From an uncultured delta proteobacterium (GTDB lineage: Bacteria > Desulfobacterota > Binatia > UBA9968): a DNA stretch of 64,000 nt. Both the position numbers and the translations under genes were made by a program. The notes under the pieces were generated by a model. That model saw only the letters and a program-made list of their open reading frames with translations. It had not been told where the DNA came from and made no database searches. Position 1 is the first letter of the stretch. Every line of letters begins with the position of its first letter. Positions 29,197 through 38,177 of this stretch are shown here, one piece after another. The DNA lies in NCBI GenBank assembly GCA_963804165.1, contig CAWDPO010000046.1:288001-352000 (forward strand). The letters run 5' to 3'.

Positions 29197-30150
29197 TTAG
29201 GCCGTTTCTGTCACTGCTTCGACAATCTCTTTTATAGCCTGCTCGGCTTTGTCGTTGGGCACGCGGCTGGAGCCGACGACTTTGTGGCCGCCGCCGCCGT
29301 AATTTTTGAGCAACTCACCGACGTTGACGTTCGACGTCGGGTTGAAGATGTTGTAGCCGACGGAGATCGCCGTGGTGTTTTCGCGCTGGGGGTCGTGCGC
29401 GACTTTGACTTGCATGTTGCCTTTGGGAAAGAGCGTGAAGACCAAGAAGCGGTTGCCGTCGGGAATCTCTTTGACGCCACGCAGGTCGCAGTAAATAACG
29501 TTACCTTTTATCGTCGTCCGTTCGAGTAAGAGCTTGCGCAACTTTTCCTGTTCGTCGCGGATCATCTGGCAGCGTTTTTTAACGTCGGGATCGTTCAAAG
29601 TTTCTACCAACGTCTTCTCACGCAGCAGATCGATAATCTTTAGCCAGTAGGGCTCGTCACCGGCATTCCTTCCATCCGTGGTCATCGAAATCAGCACGTA
29701 GCCCTGTGGATTGAGAACGTCTTCCTGCTCCAGTTTGCCGGCGTCGATCCGATCGGCTTCGTGCATCAGATATTTCATTCGCTCGGTGCCCAGAAATTCC
29801 GCGATCTCTTCCGGCGAATTCCTGTTGCCTGTTGCCTGATGCCTATTGCCTACTTCCGTATAATATTCGTAGACCACCCGCGCCGCGCTCGGCGCCAGCC
29901 GGAAGCCGCCTTTGCCGAGCATGATCGGCTGGGGAAAATCCGGCGTCGTATTCGTAATGTGGTGATCGAACCAGAGGGTGCAGTTCGGATGATAGGGCAA
30001 ATTGGTAATGATGTCGCCGCTGCGGATTTCCACCAGCCCGTCCTGCATGAACTTGGGCTCGACGAAGAGATAATCCTCGATCTGCTCGAATTTCGTAACC
30101 AGCGCGCCACAAACCAGACCGTCGAAATCCGCACGTGTCACGAGTCTCAT
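29197..30150 (-). CDS. DHH-family phosphoesterase (exopolyphosphatase/nanoRNase-like)
   Basis: RADFDGL, WFDHH, APSAARVV, YGGGGH. Confidence 0.88.
   Translation of the reverse strand: MRLVTRADFDGLVCGALVTKFEQIEDYLFVEPKFMQDGLVEIRSGDIITNLPYHPNCTLWFDHHITNTTPDFPQPIMLGKGGFRLAPSAARVVYEYYTEVGNRHQATGNRNSPEEIAEFLGTERMKYLMHEADRIDAGKLEQEDVLNPQGYVLISMTTDGRNAGDEPYWLKIIDLLREKTLVETLNDPDVKKRCQMIRDEQEKLRKLLLERTTIKGNVIYCDLRGVKEIPDGNRFLVFTLFPKGNMQVKVAHDPQRENTTAISVGYNIFNPTSNVNVGELLKNYGGGGHKVVGSSRVPNDKAEQAIKEIVEAVTETA
29821..29852. repeat. Tandem heptamer run inside the DHH CDS
   Basis: CCTGTTG CCTGTTG CCTGATG CCTATTG CCTA, read as GNRHQATGNR. Confidence 0.8.
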
Positions 30151-31265
30151 GAGCGAATGGCCTCCTCGACCGGTGTCCAGGGCAAGTTAAAAGCATTGGC
30201 GACGCCTTCATGGGTAATTTTGCCATTGTAAGCGTTGAGTCCCTTGGCGAGTGCCTTGTCTCGCGCCAGCGCTTGCGGAAAGCCGCGATTGGCCAGTTGA
30301 AGCCCATAGGAAAGCGTCGAATTGGTCAACGCGTACGTCGAAGTATTCGGTACGATCGCGGGCATATTGGTGACGCAGTAGTGGACGACGTTCTCTTCGA
30401 TATAGATCGGCGCGTGGTGATTGGTCGGATGCGAAGTTTCGGCGCAGCCGCCTTGATCGATGGAAATATCGACAAACGCCGCGCCGGGTTTCATTCGTTT
30501 AACCAGCGAACGGGAAATCAATTTTGGCGCCTGCGCGCCCGGAATCAAGACCGAGCCGATGACCAAATCGGCGTCGACAACTTCTTCCTCGACGTTGGCG
30601 CGGTTGGACATCAGTGTGGTCAGACGCCCGCCGAGAATGTCATGGATGTAGCGGAGCTTGGTCGGATTGATGTCGAGAATGCTGACATAGGCGCCCATGC
30701 CTGTCGCGACCTGGCACGCCGCGGCGCCTGACATGCCGGCGCCGAGGATAACAACTTTTCCAGGGCGGACTCCAGAAGCGCCGCCTAAAAGAATCCCGCG
30801 CCCGCCGTTTTCCGCCTGAAGGCACCACGCGCCGACCTGGATCGACAGGCGGCCGGCGATCTCGCTCATCGGCGCCAACAGCGGCAGCGAGCCGTCGTCG
30901 AGCTGTATCGTTTCATAACCGATCGCGGTTACTTTGCGTTCGAGCAACGCGCGCGTGAAGGTCTCGTTCGCGGCCAGATGGAGATAGGTGAAGAGGATCA
31001 AACCTTGACGGATGAGCGGAAATTCGGACTCCTGTGGCTCCTTGACCTTCATGATCATGTCGGACTGCTGCCAAATCGCTGCGGCCGACTCTAGGATGGT
31101 TGCGCCGGCTGCTTCGTAGGCGCGCTCGTTAAGCCTGCTGCCGAGACCGGCGCCCTTTTCGATCAGCACCCGATGACCGCGAGCCACGAAACCGGCGACA
31201 CCGGTCGGCGTGACCGCGACACGGTTTTCCTCAGTCTTAATTTCCTTCGGCACGCCGATGATCAT
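30147..31265 (-). CDS. ald: Alanine dehydrogenase
   Basis: IGVPKEIK..ENRV, KVKEP, FTYLHLA, PMSEIAGR, DQGGC.ETS.PT, YCVTNMP. Confidence 0.96.
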   Translation of the reverse strand: MIIGVPKEIKTEENRVAVTPTGVAGFVARGHRVLIEKGAGLGSRLNERAYEAAGATILESAAAIWQQSDMIMKVKEPQESEFPLIRQGLILFTYLHLAANETFTRALLERKVTAIGYETIQLDDGSLPLLAPMSEIAGRLSIQVGAWCLQAENGGRGILLGGASGVRPGKVVILGAGMSGAAACQVATGMGAYVSILDINPTKLRYIHDILGGRLTTLMSNRANVEEEVVDADLVIGSVLIPGAQAPKLISRSLVKRMKPGAAFVDISIDQGGCAETSHPTNHHAPIYIEENVVHYCVTNMPAIVPNTSTYALTNSTLSYGLQLANRGFPQALARDKALAKGLNAYNGKITHEGVANAFNLPWTPVEEAIRS

Positions 31266-31309
31266 GAATAAAGGCTAAACGATGGGACGGGAAAAGGCAA
31301 AAGTAAATA

Positions 31310-31380
31310 TTGGAGTGATGGGGTAATGGAGTGTTGGAGAATTGGGTTTGAACCCATCACTCCAGTACTCCATGACTCCA
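31310..31380. repeat. Hairpin of tandem TGGAGTRN octamers and inverted copies
   Basis: TTGGAGTG ATGGGGTA ATGGAGTG TTGGAGAA TTGGG...CCCATCACT CCAGTACT CCATGACT CCA. Confidence 0.85.
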
Positions 31381-31392
31381 GTGATCGGTGCT

Positions 31393-31758
31393 TTACCGGC
31401 CGACGGACCAGACGAGGATTGCCCAGCCGATGAGAAAAGCGAGACCGCCGATCGGCGTGATGGCGCCCAGCCAGCGGATGCCGAAGATACTGAGGATATA
31501 GAGACTGCCGGAAAAAATTATGATGCCGACGATGAAGGCCCAGCCGGCTGCATTCAGATTACGCTCCGGCCAGCGCGACGACGCCCAAGCCACGGCGAGC
31601 AGGCCAAGTGCATGGTACATCTGATAGCGCACGCCGGTTTCGAAAATATTCAACATGTCCGGCGTCAGGCGATTTTTGAGCGAGTGGGCGCCGAACGCGC
31701 CGAAGGCGACAGCGATGAAGGCGGCAATGGCGCCGGAGGTGAAGAAGAATCGGTCCAT
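31393..31758 (-). CDS. DUF423 (YgdD/TMEM256) membrane protein
   Basis: GAFGAH, YQMYH, FSGSLY, GAITPIGG. Confidence 0.93.
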   Translation of the reverse strand: MDRFFFTSGAIAAFIAVAFGAFGAHSLKNRLTPDMLNIFETGVRYQMYHALGLLAVAWASSRWPERNLNAAGWAFIVGIIIFSGSLYILSIFGIRWLGAITPIGGLAFLIGWAILVWSVGR

Positions 31759-31819
31759 CTTTCTTTAGATGGTGATCATGAAAAGTGTTCGTCGTTGTCT
31801 AGCACATTACTGAAATCTC

Positions 31820-31902
31820 GGAGTCCTTCGCCGAGGCTCAGGACGGACGGAGGAGACTGTATCATAGACGAATTTCCGTTCATGCTGAGCGTGTCGAAGC
31901 AT
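31820..31902. repeat. Dispersed palindromic element, copy 3 of 3
   Basis: GGAGTCCTTCGCCGAGGCTCAGGACGGACGG...TTTCCGTTCATGCTGAGCGTGTCGAAGCAT. Confidence 0.85.
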
Positions 31903-31925
31903 TCTCCCATACTTAAGCGACGAGC

Positions 31926-33386
31926 TCAGCGGTTGAGGGTGACCACTATGTCGCCTTTTTGGATGACTATTTGACGATATTCTTTACGCTTGCTGAGCGC
32001 GTCGACCAAATTCACCAGCGGTTGGCGCGACGTGAGGTATTCTTTCGGCGCGCCCGCGGCGCGCATCGCGTCGATCTCCTCGACGTTAAGATTCCAGCGC
32101 AGCAGGAACTCTTCGTCGGAGACGTTTTCGGCGTTCATTTTTTTGCGCAGCTCGGCGACGGACGGTTCGGGCGGTTGCCACGCAGCCCATTCCTTGGCGC
32201 GCGGCCTATCCATGATTTTTGCTTTCACCTCCGGTGCCATCAGCTCGGCGCCTTCTTTGCCCCAGTAGCCGAGCGCGTATTGGATGATTTGATCCGTCAC
32301 TTCCTTGTAGCGTTCGCCGACGATGACGTTGATCGCCGCCTGGCTGCCGACGAATTGTGACAGCGGAGTGACCATGATCGGGTATCCAAGCTCGGCGCGC
32401 ACGCGCTGGGTTTCCTCGAGGGCCTCGTCGATTTTACCTTCCATGCCGACCTTGCGCAGCTGGAAGCGCAGGTTGGAGATCATGCCGCCCGGCACTTGGT
32501 GTTGATATTGAGCGTAATCGTATTCCACCGGCTCACCGATGGGAAAGCCTTCTCGTTTGGCGATGTACGTGAAATGGTCCGACACCGGCCTGAGGATATC
32601 CTCGTCGATCAGTGTTTTGTAGCCCAGCGCGCGCAAATTTTTCGCGACGTTGAAAAGCGACGGGTTCGACGATCCGTCGGCCAACGGCGGCAGCGCGGTA
32701 TTGACGATTTTGATCCCGAGCTTTACGGCTTCGAGGCAACAAAGCGGGCCAAGGCCCGTGGTGCAGTGCGTGTGCAGCTCCACCGGTATCCCGTTGGCGT
32801 TCGCGAACATGATCGGCACCAGCGTTTGCAGGCGCTCGGGGGTGAGCAGACCGCCGGGATCTTTGAGACAGAGTCGATTGACTTTAAGCGACGCGGCCTG
32901 ACGCGTACGCTCGGCGAAGTATTCGTCGGTATGTTTTGGCGAGACCGAATAAATGATATTCGGCACGGGATTGATGCCGACGTCTTTTGCCACGGCGCAT
33001 TTCCAAGTCCAGCCTTCGAGCTCGTTCCACTCTTCGGAAATGCGCGCTTCGCGGATGCCGTTGGCGGCCATCCGCTCCATGAACAGGCGGTACATGGAGC
33101 GCGGCGTGAGATCGAAGGCGCTGAATCTGCCGGCGTTCAACCGCAGCGGCGTGCGCGTAATGCGTTGGCTCACCAGCTTCACTCGCGCCCAGGGATCTTC
33201 TTTGAGCTCGCGCACGCATTTCTTCAAATGAGAGCTGGAAATCAATTCGATGGCGTCGAAGCCGGCGCGATCCATGGCTTCGGCGATAGGAAGCATCATG
33301 CCCGTGGTCATGTTCTCCGCCCACAGGCTTTGATGGCCGTCGCGAATGGTGGTGTCGACGAATCTGATACCGTCTGGCTTGCTCAT
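31926..33386 (-). CDS. Pyruvate carboxylase/OadA-type carboxyltransferase subunit without biotinyl domain (paralogue 1)
   Basis: DTTIRDGHQSL, CLKDPGGLL, HTHCTTG, HQVPGGMISN, GYPIMVTPLSQ; no MKM motif. Confidence 0.9.
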   Translation of the reverse strand: MSKPDGIRFVDTTIRDGHQSLWAENMTTGMMLPIAEAMDRAGFDAIELISSSHLKKCVRELKEDPWARVKLVSQRITRTPLRLNAGRFSAFDLTPRSMYRLFMERMAANGIREARISEEWNELEGWTWKCAVAKDVGINPVPNIIYSVSPKHTDEYFAERTRQAASLKVNRLCLKDPGGLLTPERLQTLVPIMFANANGIPVELHTHCTTGLGPLCCLEAVKLGIKIVNTALPPLADGSSNPSLFNVAKNLRALGYKTLIDEDILRPVSDHFTYIAKREGFPIGEPVEYDYAQYQHQVPGGMISNLRFQLRKVGMEGKIDEALEETQRVRAELGYPIMVTPLSQFVGSQAAINVIVGERYKEVTDQIIQYALGYWGKEGAELMAPEVKAKIMDRPRAKEWAAWQPPEPSVAELRKKMNAENVSDEEFLLRWNLNVEEIDAMRAAGAPKEYLTSRQPLVNLVDALSKRKEYRQIVIQKGDIVVTLNR

Positions 33387-33406
33387 CTTGCTCAAATCTC
33401 TAAAAC

Positions 33407-33504
33407 TTGGAGTATTGGAATTGGAGTGGTGGAGTAATGGAGTAATGGGTTTCCGGAGTTTCCGCAGCCCATCACTCCAACAATCCAGTACTCCATCACT
33501 CCAA
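33407..33504. repeat. Hairpin of tandem TGGAGTRN octamers and inverted copies
   Basis: TTGGAGTA TTGGAA TTGGAGTG GTGGAGTA ATGGAGTA ATGGG...CCCATCACT CCAACAAT CCAGTACT CCATCACT CCAA. Confidence 0.88.
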
Positions 33505-33510
33505 TCCGTT

Positions 33511-34368
33511 CTACAGAGTTATACCGAAGAATTTCACCGCGTTGTCGAGCATGATCTTCTTGCGCACTTCGGGTTTCATGTTGACCTGCTGAAACTCTTC
33601 CAGCCAGCGCTCGACGCCGATGGCGGGCCAGTCGGAGCCGAACATCGCTTTGTCTTGCAGCAAGGTGTTGATATTGTGCACCAGCTCCGCCGGAAAATAT
33701 TTAGGCGCCCAGCCGGAGAGATCGATGTAATAATTCGCCTTGTGGCGCGCGATCGCCAAGCTCTCCGCCGTCCATGGCCAGGTCGGATGGGCGCTAATGA
33801 TTTTCAGTTCGGGAAAATCCGCCGCGACTTCGTCGATGGCGATGGGCTGGCTGTACTTGAGCTTGATTCCCATGCCGCCCGGTGTGCCGGCGCCCGCCGC
33901 CGCCATCCCACCGTGAAACAGTATCGGCATGTTCAATTTGGCGCACTGTTCCCAAAGCGGATAGAAGCGCACGTCGTTGGCGAAAAAGTGCTGGCGCGCG
34001 GGATTGAGCTCGCCCATGCCGGAGAGGCCTAAATCTTTGCAGCGTTTGATTTCGTCGAGCGCGAGTTTGCCGGTCCAGGGATCGATCGCGCCGAATGCCA
34101 AGAACACGTCGGGGTGTTTTTTTACCGCGCTGGCCACATGGTCGTTGGGCACTGGAATCAAGCCGGTGACCGTTTCATCGCGGGTATTCATGATCACCGC
34201 GATCATCTTGCGCGCGCGGTATTGGTCGGCCATTTCGTCGATGGATACCGGCGGCCGCTCGCGGCCGAAATATCGCGCCATCTGCGCCGTGCGGTCTCCC
34301 TTGGCTTTCTGCGTGGTTTCATCGGATAGGTGAACATGAACGTCGATCGCTACGATATCTCTCGCCAT
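33511..34368 (-). CDS. Amidohydrolase-2 family protein, CouO-like (aryl-beta-ketoacyl-CoA hydrolase-like)
   Basis: IDVHVH, GGMGIKLKYSQP, DEVAADFPELKII.AHP.WPW, YIDLSGWAPKYFP, FGSDWP. Confidence 0.8.
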   Translation of the reverse strand: MARDIVAIDVHVHLSDETTQKAKGDRTAQMARYFGRERPPVSIDEMADQYRARKMIAVIMNTRDETVTGLIPVPNDHVASAVKKHPDVFLAFGAIDPWTGKLALDEIKRCKDLGLSGMGELNPARQHFFANDVRFYPLWEQCAKLNMPILFHGGMAAAGAGTPGGMGIKLKYSQPIAIDEVAADFPELKIISAHPTWPWTAESLAIARHKANYYIDLSGWAPKYFPAELVHNINTLLQDKAMFGSDWPAIGVERWLEEFQQVNMKPEVRKKIMLDNAVKFFGITL

Positions 34369-34420
34369 TGGGGTAAGCCTCCTCGTGAAATTTCTTTGGT
34401 TATTGCACTGCTCGAATGAT

Positions 34421-34557
34421 TGTTCAAGGTTCAATGTTCAAAGTTCAATGTTCAAAACCCCCAGATTTCCGTTGGGTGTTCTATGGAAAGGCCTTAGAGA
34501 CAGTCCGCTAACTCCGAATCCGAAAACGTTGAATTCTTGAACCTTGAACTTTGAACG
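34421..34557. repeat. Hairpin of tandem NGTTCAA heptamers and inverted TTGAAC copies
   Basis: TGTTCAA GGTTCAA TGTTCAA AGTTCAA TGTTCAA ... TTGAATTC TTGAACC TTGAACT TTGAACG. Confidence 0.88.
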
Positions 34558-34573
34558 GCGGGCGAATTGCTGC

Positions 34574-36031
34574 CTACGCGCGACGTTCCAATGTCACCGA
34601 AAAGCCCGGCGTCTGAACGTAGATCTGACGGTTCTTCGTGCGTTTCGATAGCTGCTGCAGTAAGTTGACGAGCGGCTGTTCGGAATTCAAATATTCCAAT
34701 GGCCGGGGGTTGGCGCGCATAGTATCGATGTCTTCTTTGCCGACGATCCAGCGCAACAACAATTCTTCATCCGACGTGCCTTCGGCGTCCAAGCGGCGGC
34801 GCATTTCATCCGCCGTGGGTTCGTCCGGTTGCCATTTGGCCCATTCTTTGGCCCGCGGGCGGTCAAGGATTTTCGCTTTGACGGTGGGGTCCATGTCGCG
34901 CGCTCCCTCCGCGCCCGCGTGGCCGAGGGCGAACTTGATCACCTGATCGGTCACTTCTTTATAGCGCTCGCCGACGATGACGTTGATCGCCGCCTGGCTG
35001 CCGACGAACTGCGACAGCGGAGTCACCATGATCGGGTAGCCGAACTCTTCGCGCACGCGGATCGTTTCTTCCAGGGCCTCGGGATACTTTTCTTCCATGC
35101 CGACCTTGCGCAATTGGAAGCGCAGATTCGACAGCATGCCGCCGGGCACCTGGTGCTGGTATTGCGAGTAGTCGTATTCCACCGGCGCGCCGATAGTGAA
35201 GCCTTCGCGCTTGGCGATGGCGGTGAAGTGCCGCGACACGGGCTTTAAAATTTCTTCATCGATAGCCGTTGCGTAACCGAGCGCGCGGGCGTTCTTGGCG
35301 ACGTTGAACAGCGAGGGGTTCGACGAGTCGTCCGCCAGCGGCGGCAGCGCCGTGTTGATCGATCGAATGCCCAAGTTCATGCCCTTGATGCAACACAGCG
35401 GTCCCAGGCCCGTGGTGCAGTGGGTATGCAACTCCACTGGAATGCCCCCGGCGTTCTTGAAGATAATCGGTACCAAAGTTTCCATCCGCTCTGGAGTCAG
35501 GAGTCCGCCCGGATCTTTGAGACAAAGCCGATAGGGCTTGAGTGCTGCCGCGTGGCGCGTGCGTTCGGCGAAGTAGTCGTCGCTGTGTTTCGGAGACACG
35601 GAATAAATCAGATTTAAGATCGTCTTCATGCCGACCGCTTTGCACACGCCGACGCGAAACTTCCAGCCTTCGGGGTCATTCCATTCATCCGAGATGCGCG
35701 CTTCGCGGATGCCGTTGGCAAACATCCGTTCGATGAAAAGCCAGTACATGGACGGCGGATTGTATTCAAAGGTATTAACCCGGCCGGCGATGAGTCGAAG
35801 CGGTGTGTTGGTGATGTTTTTCGATACAAGACGCACGCGTTCCCAAGGATCTTCCTTCAGTTCACGCACGGTTTTCTTCAGGTGCGAGCCGGAGATGAGT
35901 TCGATCGCTTCGTAGCCCGCGTCATCGAGGTTTTTCGCGATCGGCAGCATCATGCCCGTGGTCATGTTCTCCGCCCACAAGCTCTGATGACCGTCGCGTA
36001 TCGTCGTGTCGACAAATCGAATGGTGTCCAT
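34574..36031 (-). CDS. Pyruvate carboxylase/OadA-type carboxyltransferase subunit without biotinyl domain (paralogue 2)
   Basis: Same motifs as 31926..33386; GGAGGAG RBS before MDTIRFVDTTIRDGHQSL. Confidence 0.9.
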   Translation of the reverse strand: MDTIRFVDTTIRDGHQSLWAENMTTGMMLPIAKNLDDAGYEAIELISGSHLKKTVRELKEDPWERVRLVSKNITNTPLRLIAGRVNTFEYNPPSMYWLFIERMFANGIREARISDEWNDPEGWKFRVGVCKAVGMKTILNLIYSVSPKHSDDYFAERTRHAAALKPYRLCLKDPGGLLTPERMETLVPIIFKNAGGIPVELHTHCTTGLGPLCCIKGMNLGIRSINTALPPLADDSSNPSLFNVAKNARALGYATAIDEEILKPVSRHFTAIAKREGFTIGAPVEYDYSQYQHQVPGGMLSNLRFQLRKVGMEEKYPEALEETIRVREEFGYPIMVTPLSQFVGSQAAINVIVGERYKEVTDQVIKFALGHAGAEGARDMDPTVKAKILDRPRAKEWAKWQPDEPTADEMRRRLDAEGTSDEELLLRWIVGKEDIDTMRANPRPLEYLNSEQPLVNLLQQLSKRTKNRQIYVQTPGFSVTLERRA

Positions 36032-36174
36032 GCTCTCCTCCGACTTAATAACACGATCATATTGGCTAGCCGCGCTAAATTCAATGAATCTACGTTCGCG
36101 CGGGTTGCTTGACTTCGCAGAAGATGTCCTGGTACGTGAGGGACTGACAGCAAGCGGTTCATCGGAGTTCATTG

Positions 36175-36930
36175 ATGGCTATTTCCACGGCAATCAAATC
36201 GGATTGGGTCGAGTATCCGAGTCGCAGCGCCACGATACGCGCGTACTTGGGCGTGCCGGCCGGCGCCGGTCCGTGGCCGGGAATCGTCATGATCCACGAA
36301 AATCCCGGCATGACCGAGCATCGCTTGGATGTCACCCGCCGCCTTGCCGAACAGGGCTATATCACGATTGCTCCCGATCTCTATTCCCGCGTCGGCGGCA
36401 AACCGCCGACCGGAGAGACGGATGTGGAGCGGCGGCAAAAAATCGACGTGGCGATTCCGGACGAGCACGTTTTCGACGATCTCATGAACGGCTATCGCTA
36501 TCTCAAAAACCGGGCGGAGACGATCCAGGATCGGATCGCGCTCTACGGGATCTGCATGGGCGGTGGCAAGGGTTTTTATACGGTCTGCCACACCGACGTA
36601 TTCCGCTGCTTTGTCGATTTTTACGGCCCGATCATTGTCAAAGCTGAAGTCACGTCGGACGGCAAGGAACGATCCTACTTGCCCGTCGCGCGCGCGATCT
36701 CATGTCCGATGCAGTACCACGTGGGCGATCAAGACGTCGTCTGCCTGCCCGATCACGTGGCGCAATTGCGCGAGGAGCTGCGTCGTCATGACAAACAGGC
36801 TGAATTTTTTGTCTATCCCGGCGCCGAGCACGCATTTCATGACGATTCCGCGCGACGCTACCATCCTGAGCATGCCCGATCCGCTTGGGCTCGGGCGCTG
36901 GAATTTTTCCATACTCATCTAAAGTCTTAA
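36175..36930 (+). CDS. Dienelactone hydrolase family protein
   Basis: IHENPG, APDLY, GICMGG (Cys nucleophile), GDQD, YPGAEHAF. Confidence 0.92.
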   Translation: MAISTAIKSDWVEYPSRSATIRAYLGVPAGAGPWPGIVMIHENPGMTEHRLDVTRRLAEQGYITIAPDLYSRVGGKPPTGETDVERRQKIDVAIPDEHVFDDLMNGYRYLKNRAETIQDRIALYGICMGGGKGFYTVCHTDVFRCFVDFYGPIIVKAEVTSDGKERSYLPVARAISCPMQYHVGDQDVVCLPDHVAQLREELRRHDKQAEFFVYPGAEHAFHDDSARRYHPEHARSAWARALEFFHTHLKS

Positions 36931-36970
36931 ATTGAATTTTCAAGTTCTGATTTTTCCAGGAGGATTCGCA

Positions 36971-37957
36971 ATGCGAGTGTTTCGATCTCTCCAAATTTTT
37001 TTCACGCTGGTCGGGGTTCTTGGCGCCGTGATTCCGGCCATGGGCGCCGTGGCTCCGGCGAACGTGCGGATTGCCTTGACCGCATACTCGTCTTCGAATT
37101 GGCAAATTTTCGCCGCAGTCAAGCGAGGGTTTTTCAAACGCGAGAACCTCAATGTCGAAGTGATCATGTTGCGCTCGAGCGTTCTCCAAACCCAGGCCTT
37201 GCTGGCCAACGACATTCACATGAACACCTACTCGATCGATTCAGCAGCGAAGCCGGTACTGCAAGGCGCGCCGATCAAGCTGATCGGTACCGGTCAAGAA
37301 AAACCGAGCTTTCGCGCCATTGTCGCAAAGGACATCAGAAACTGGAATGACTTGAAAGGAAAGACGCTCGCCGCCGGCAGTCCGGGTGGCGCATTTTATA
37401 CCATGTTCGCCAGCATGATGGCGGTCAATGGGATCAAGAAAGGAGACTATACCTACCTCAGCATCGGCAGATCCAGCGATCGCATCGGCGCGATGAGAGC
37501 CGGACAAATCCAGGGCTGTTTGATCGGCCAGCCGGACGATTTCGTGCTGTTGGACGAAGGCTTCAAAAGTCTCGGTTTCACCCAGGACTATTTGAAGGAC
37601 GTGCAGTACGCGGGTTTTACCGTCAATGGAAAATGGGCGGAAAAAAACGAGGAGACGGTGGTCGCGCTCATGCGCGCCCTGGTGAAGGCGACGCGCTGGC
37701 TGCATGACCCGGCCAACAAGAAGGACGCGATGGCGGTGCTTGTAGACTATTTCCCTGATTGGAAACCGAACTGGCAAGAGCAGACCTATGACATGCTGAT
37801 TCGCCAGAAAATGCTTTCCACGGATGCGCGTCCGAACATGAAAGGCATCGAGAATTTTCTTAAGCTCGCGGTTGAACATGGCGGCATGAGCTCAGTGCCG
37901 CCGCTGGAAACCTGGGTGGATCGAAGTTATGTGGAAAAGGCGAGCCGGTCGCTGTAG
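36971..37957 (+). CDS. ABC transporter substrate-binding protein (NMT1/SsuA-like)
   Basis: Signal peptide; GFFKRENLNVE, DLKGKTLA, WVDRSYVEKA. Confidence 0.88.
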   Translation: MRVFRSLQIFFTLVGVLGAVIPAMGAVAPANVRIALTAYSSSNWQIFAAVKRGFFKRENLNVEVIMLRSSVLQTQALLANDIHMNTYSIDSAAKPVLQGAPIKLIGTGQEKPSFRAIVAKDIRNWNDLKGKTLAAGSPGGAFYTMFASMMAVNGIKKGDYTYLSIGRSSDRIGAMRAGQIQGCLIGQPDDFVLLDEGFKSLGFTQDYLKDVQYAGFTVNGKWAEKNEETVVALMRALVKATRWLHDPANKKDAMAVLVDYFPDWKPNWQEQTYDMLIRQKMLSTDARPNMKGIENFLKLAVEHGGMSSVPPLETWVDRSYVEKASRSL

Positions 37958-38055
37958 ACAGTTATTATCGAGCAACTCGATTCACTCCTGTCGGCGCGGA
38001 ATTACCAACGTGCAACACGCGCTCGGACCCGCTCTCTTCGCACGCTGAGTCATCG

Positions 38056-38162
38056 TGTCATCCTGAGGCCCTTCGGCTTCGCTCAGGATAAACTCCGCCG
38101 AAGGATCTCGTAGTTTGCATTTTAAGGATCGGTCGAGATTCTTCACTTCGTTCAGAAGGACA
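38056..38162. repeat. CGTC/TGTC-type REP-like palindrome cluster
   Basis: TGTCATCCTGAGGCCCTTCGGCTTCGCTCAGGATAAAC..GAAGGATCTCG...GAGATTCTTCACTTCGTTCAGAAGGACA. Confidence 0.75.
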
Positions 38163-38177
38163 GTGCGAAATACTCGT

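Noticed and set aside
31926-36031. Na+-pumping oxaloacetate decarboxylase or complete pyruvate carboxylase
   Set aside because: No biotinyl domain, beta/gamma subunits or biotin carboxylase in the window.
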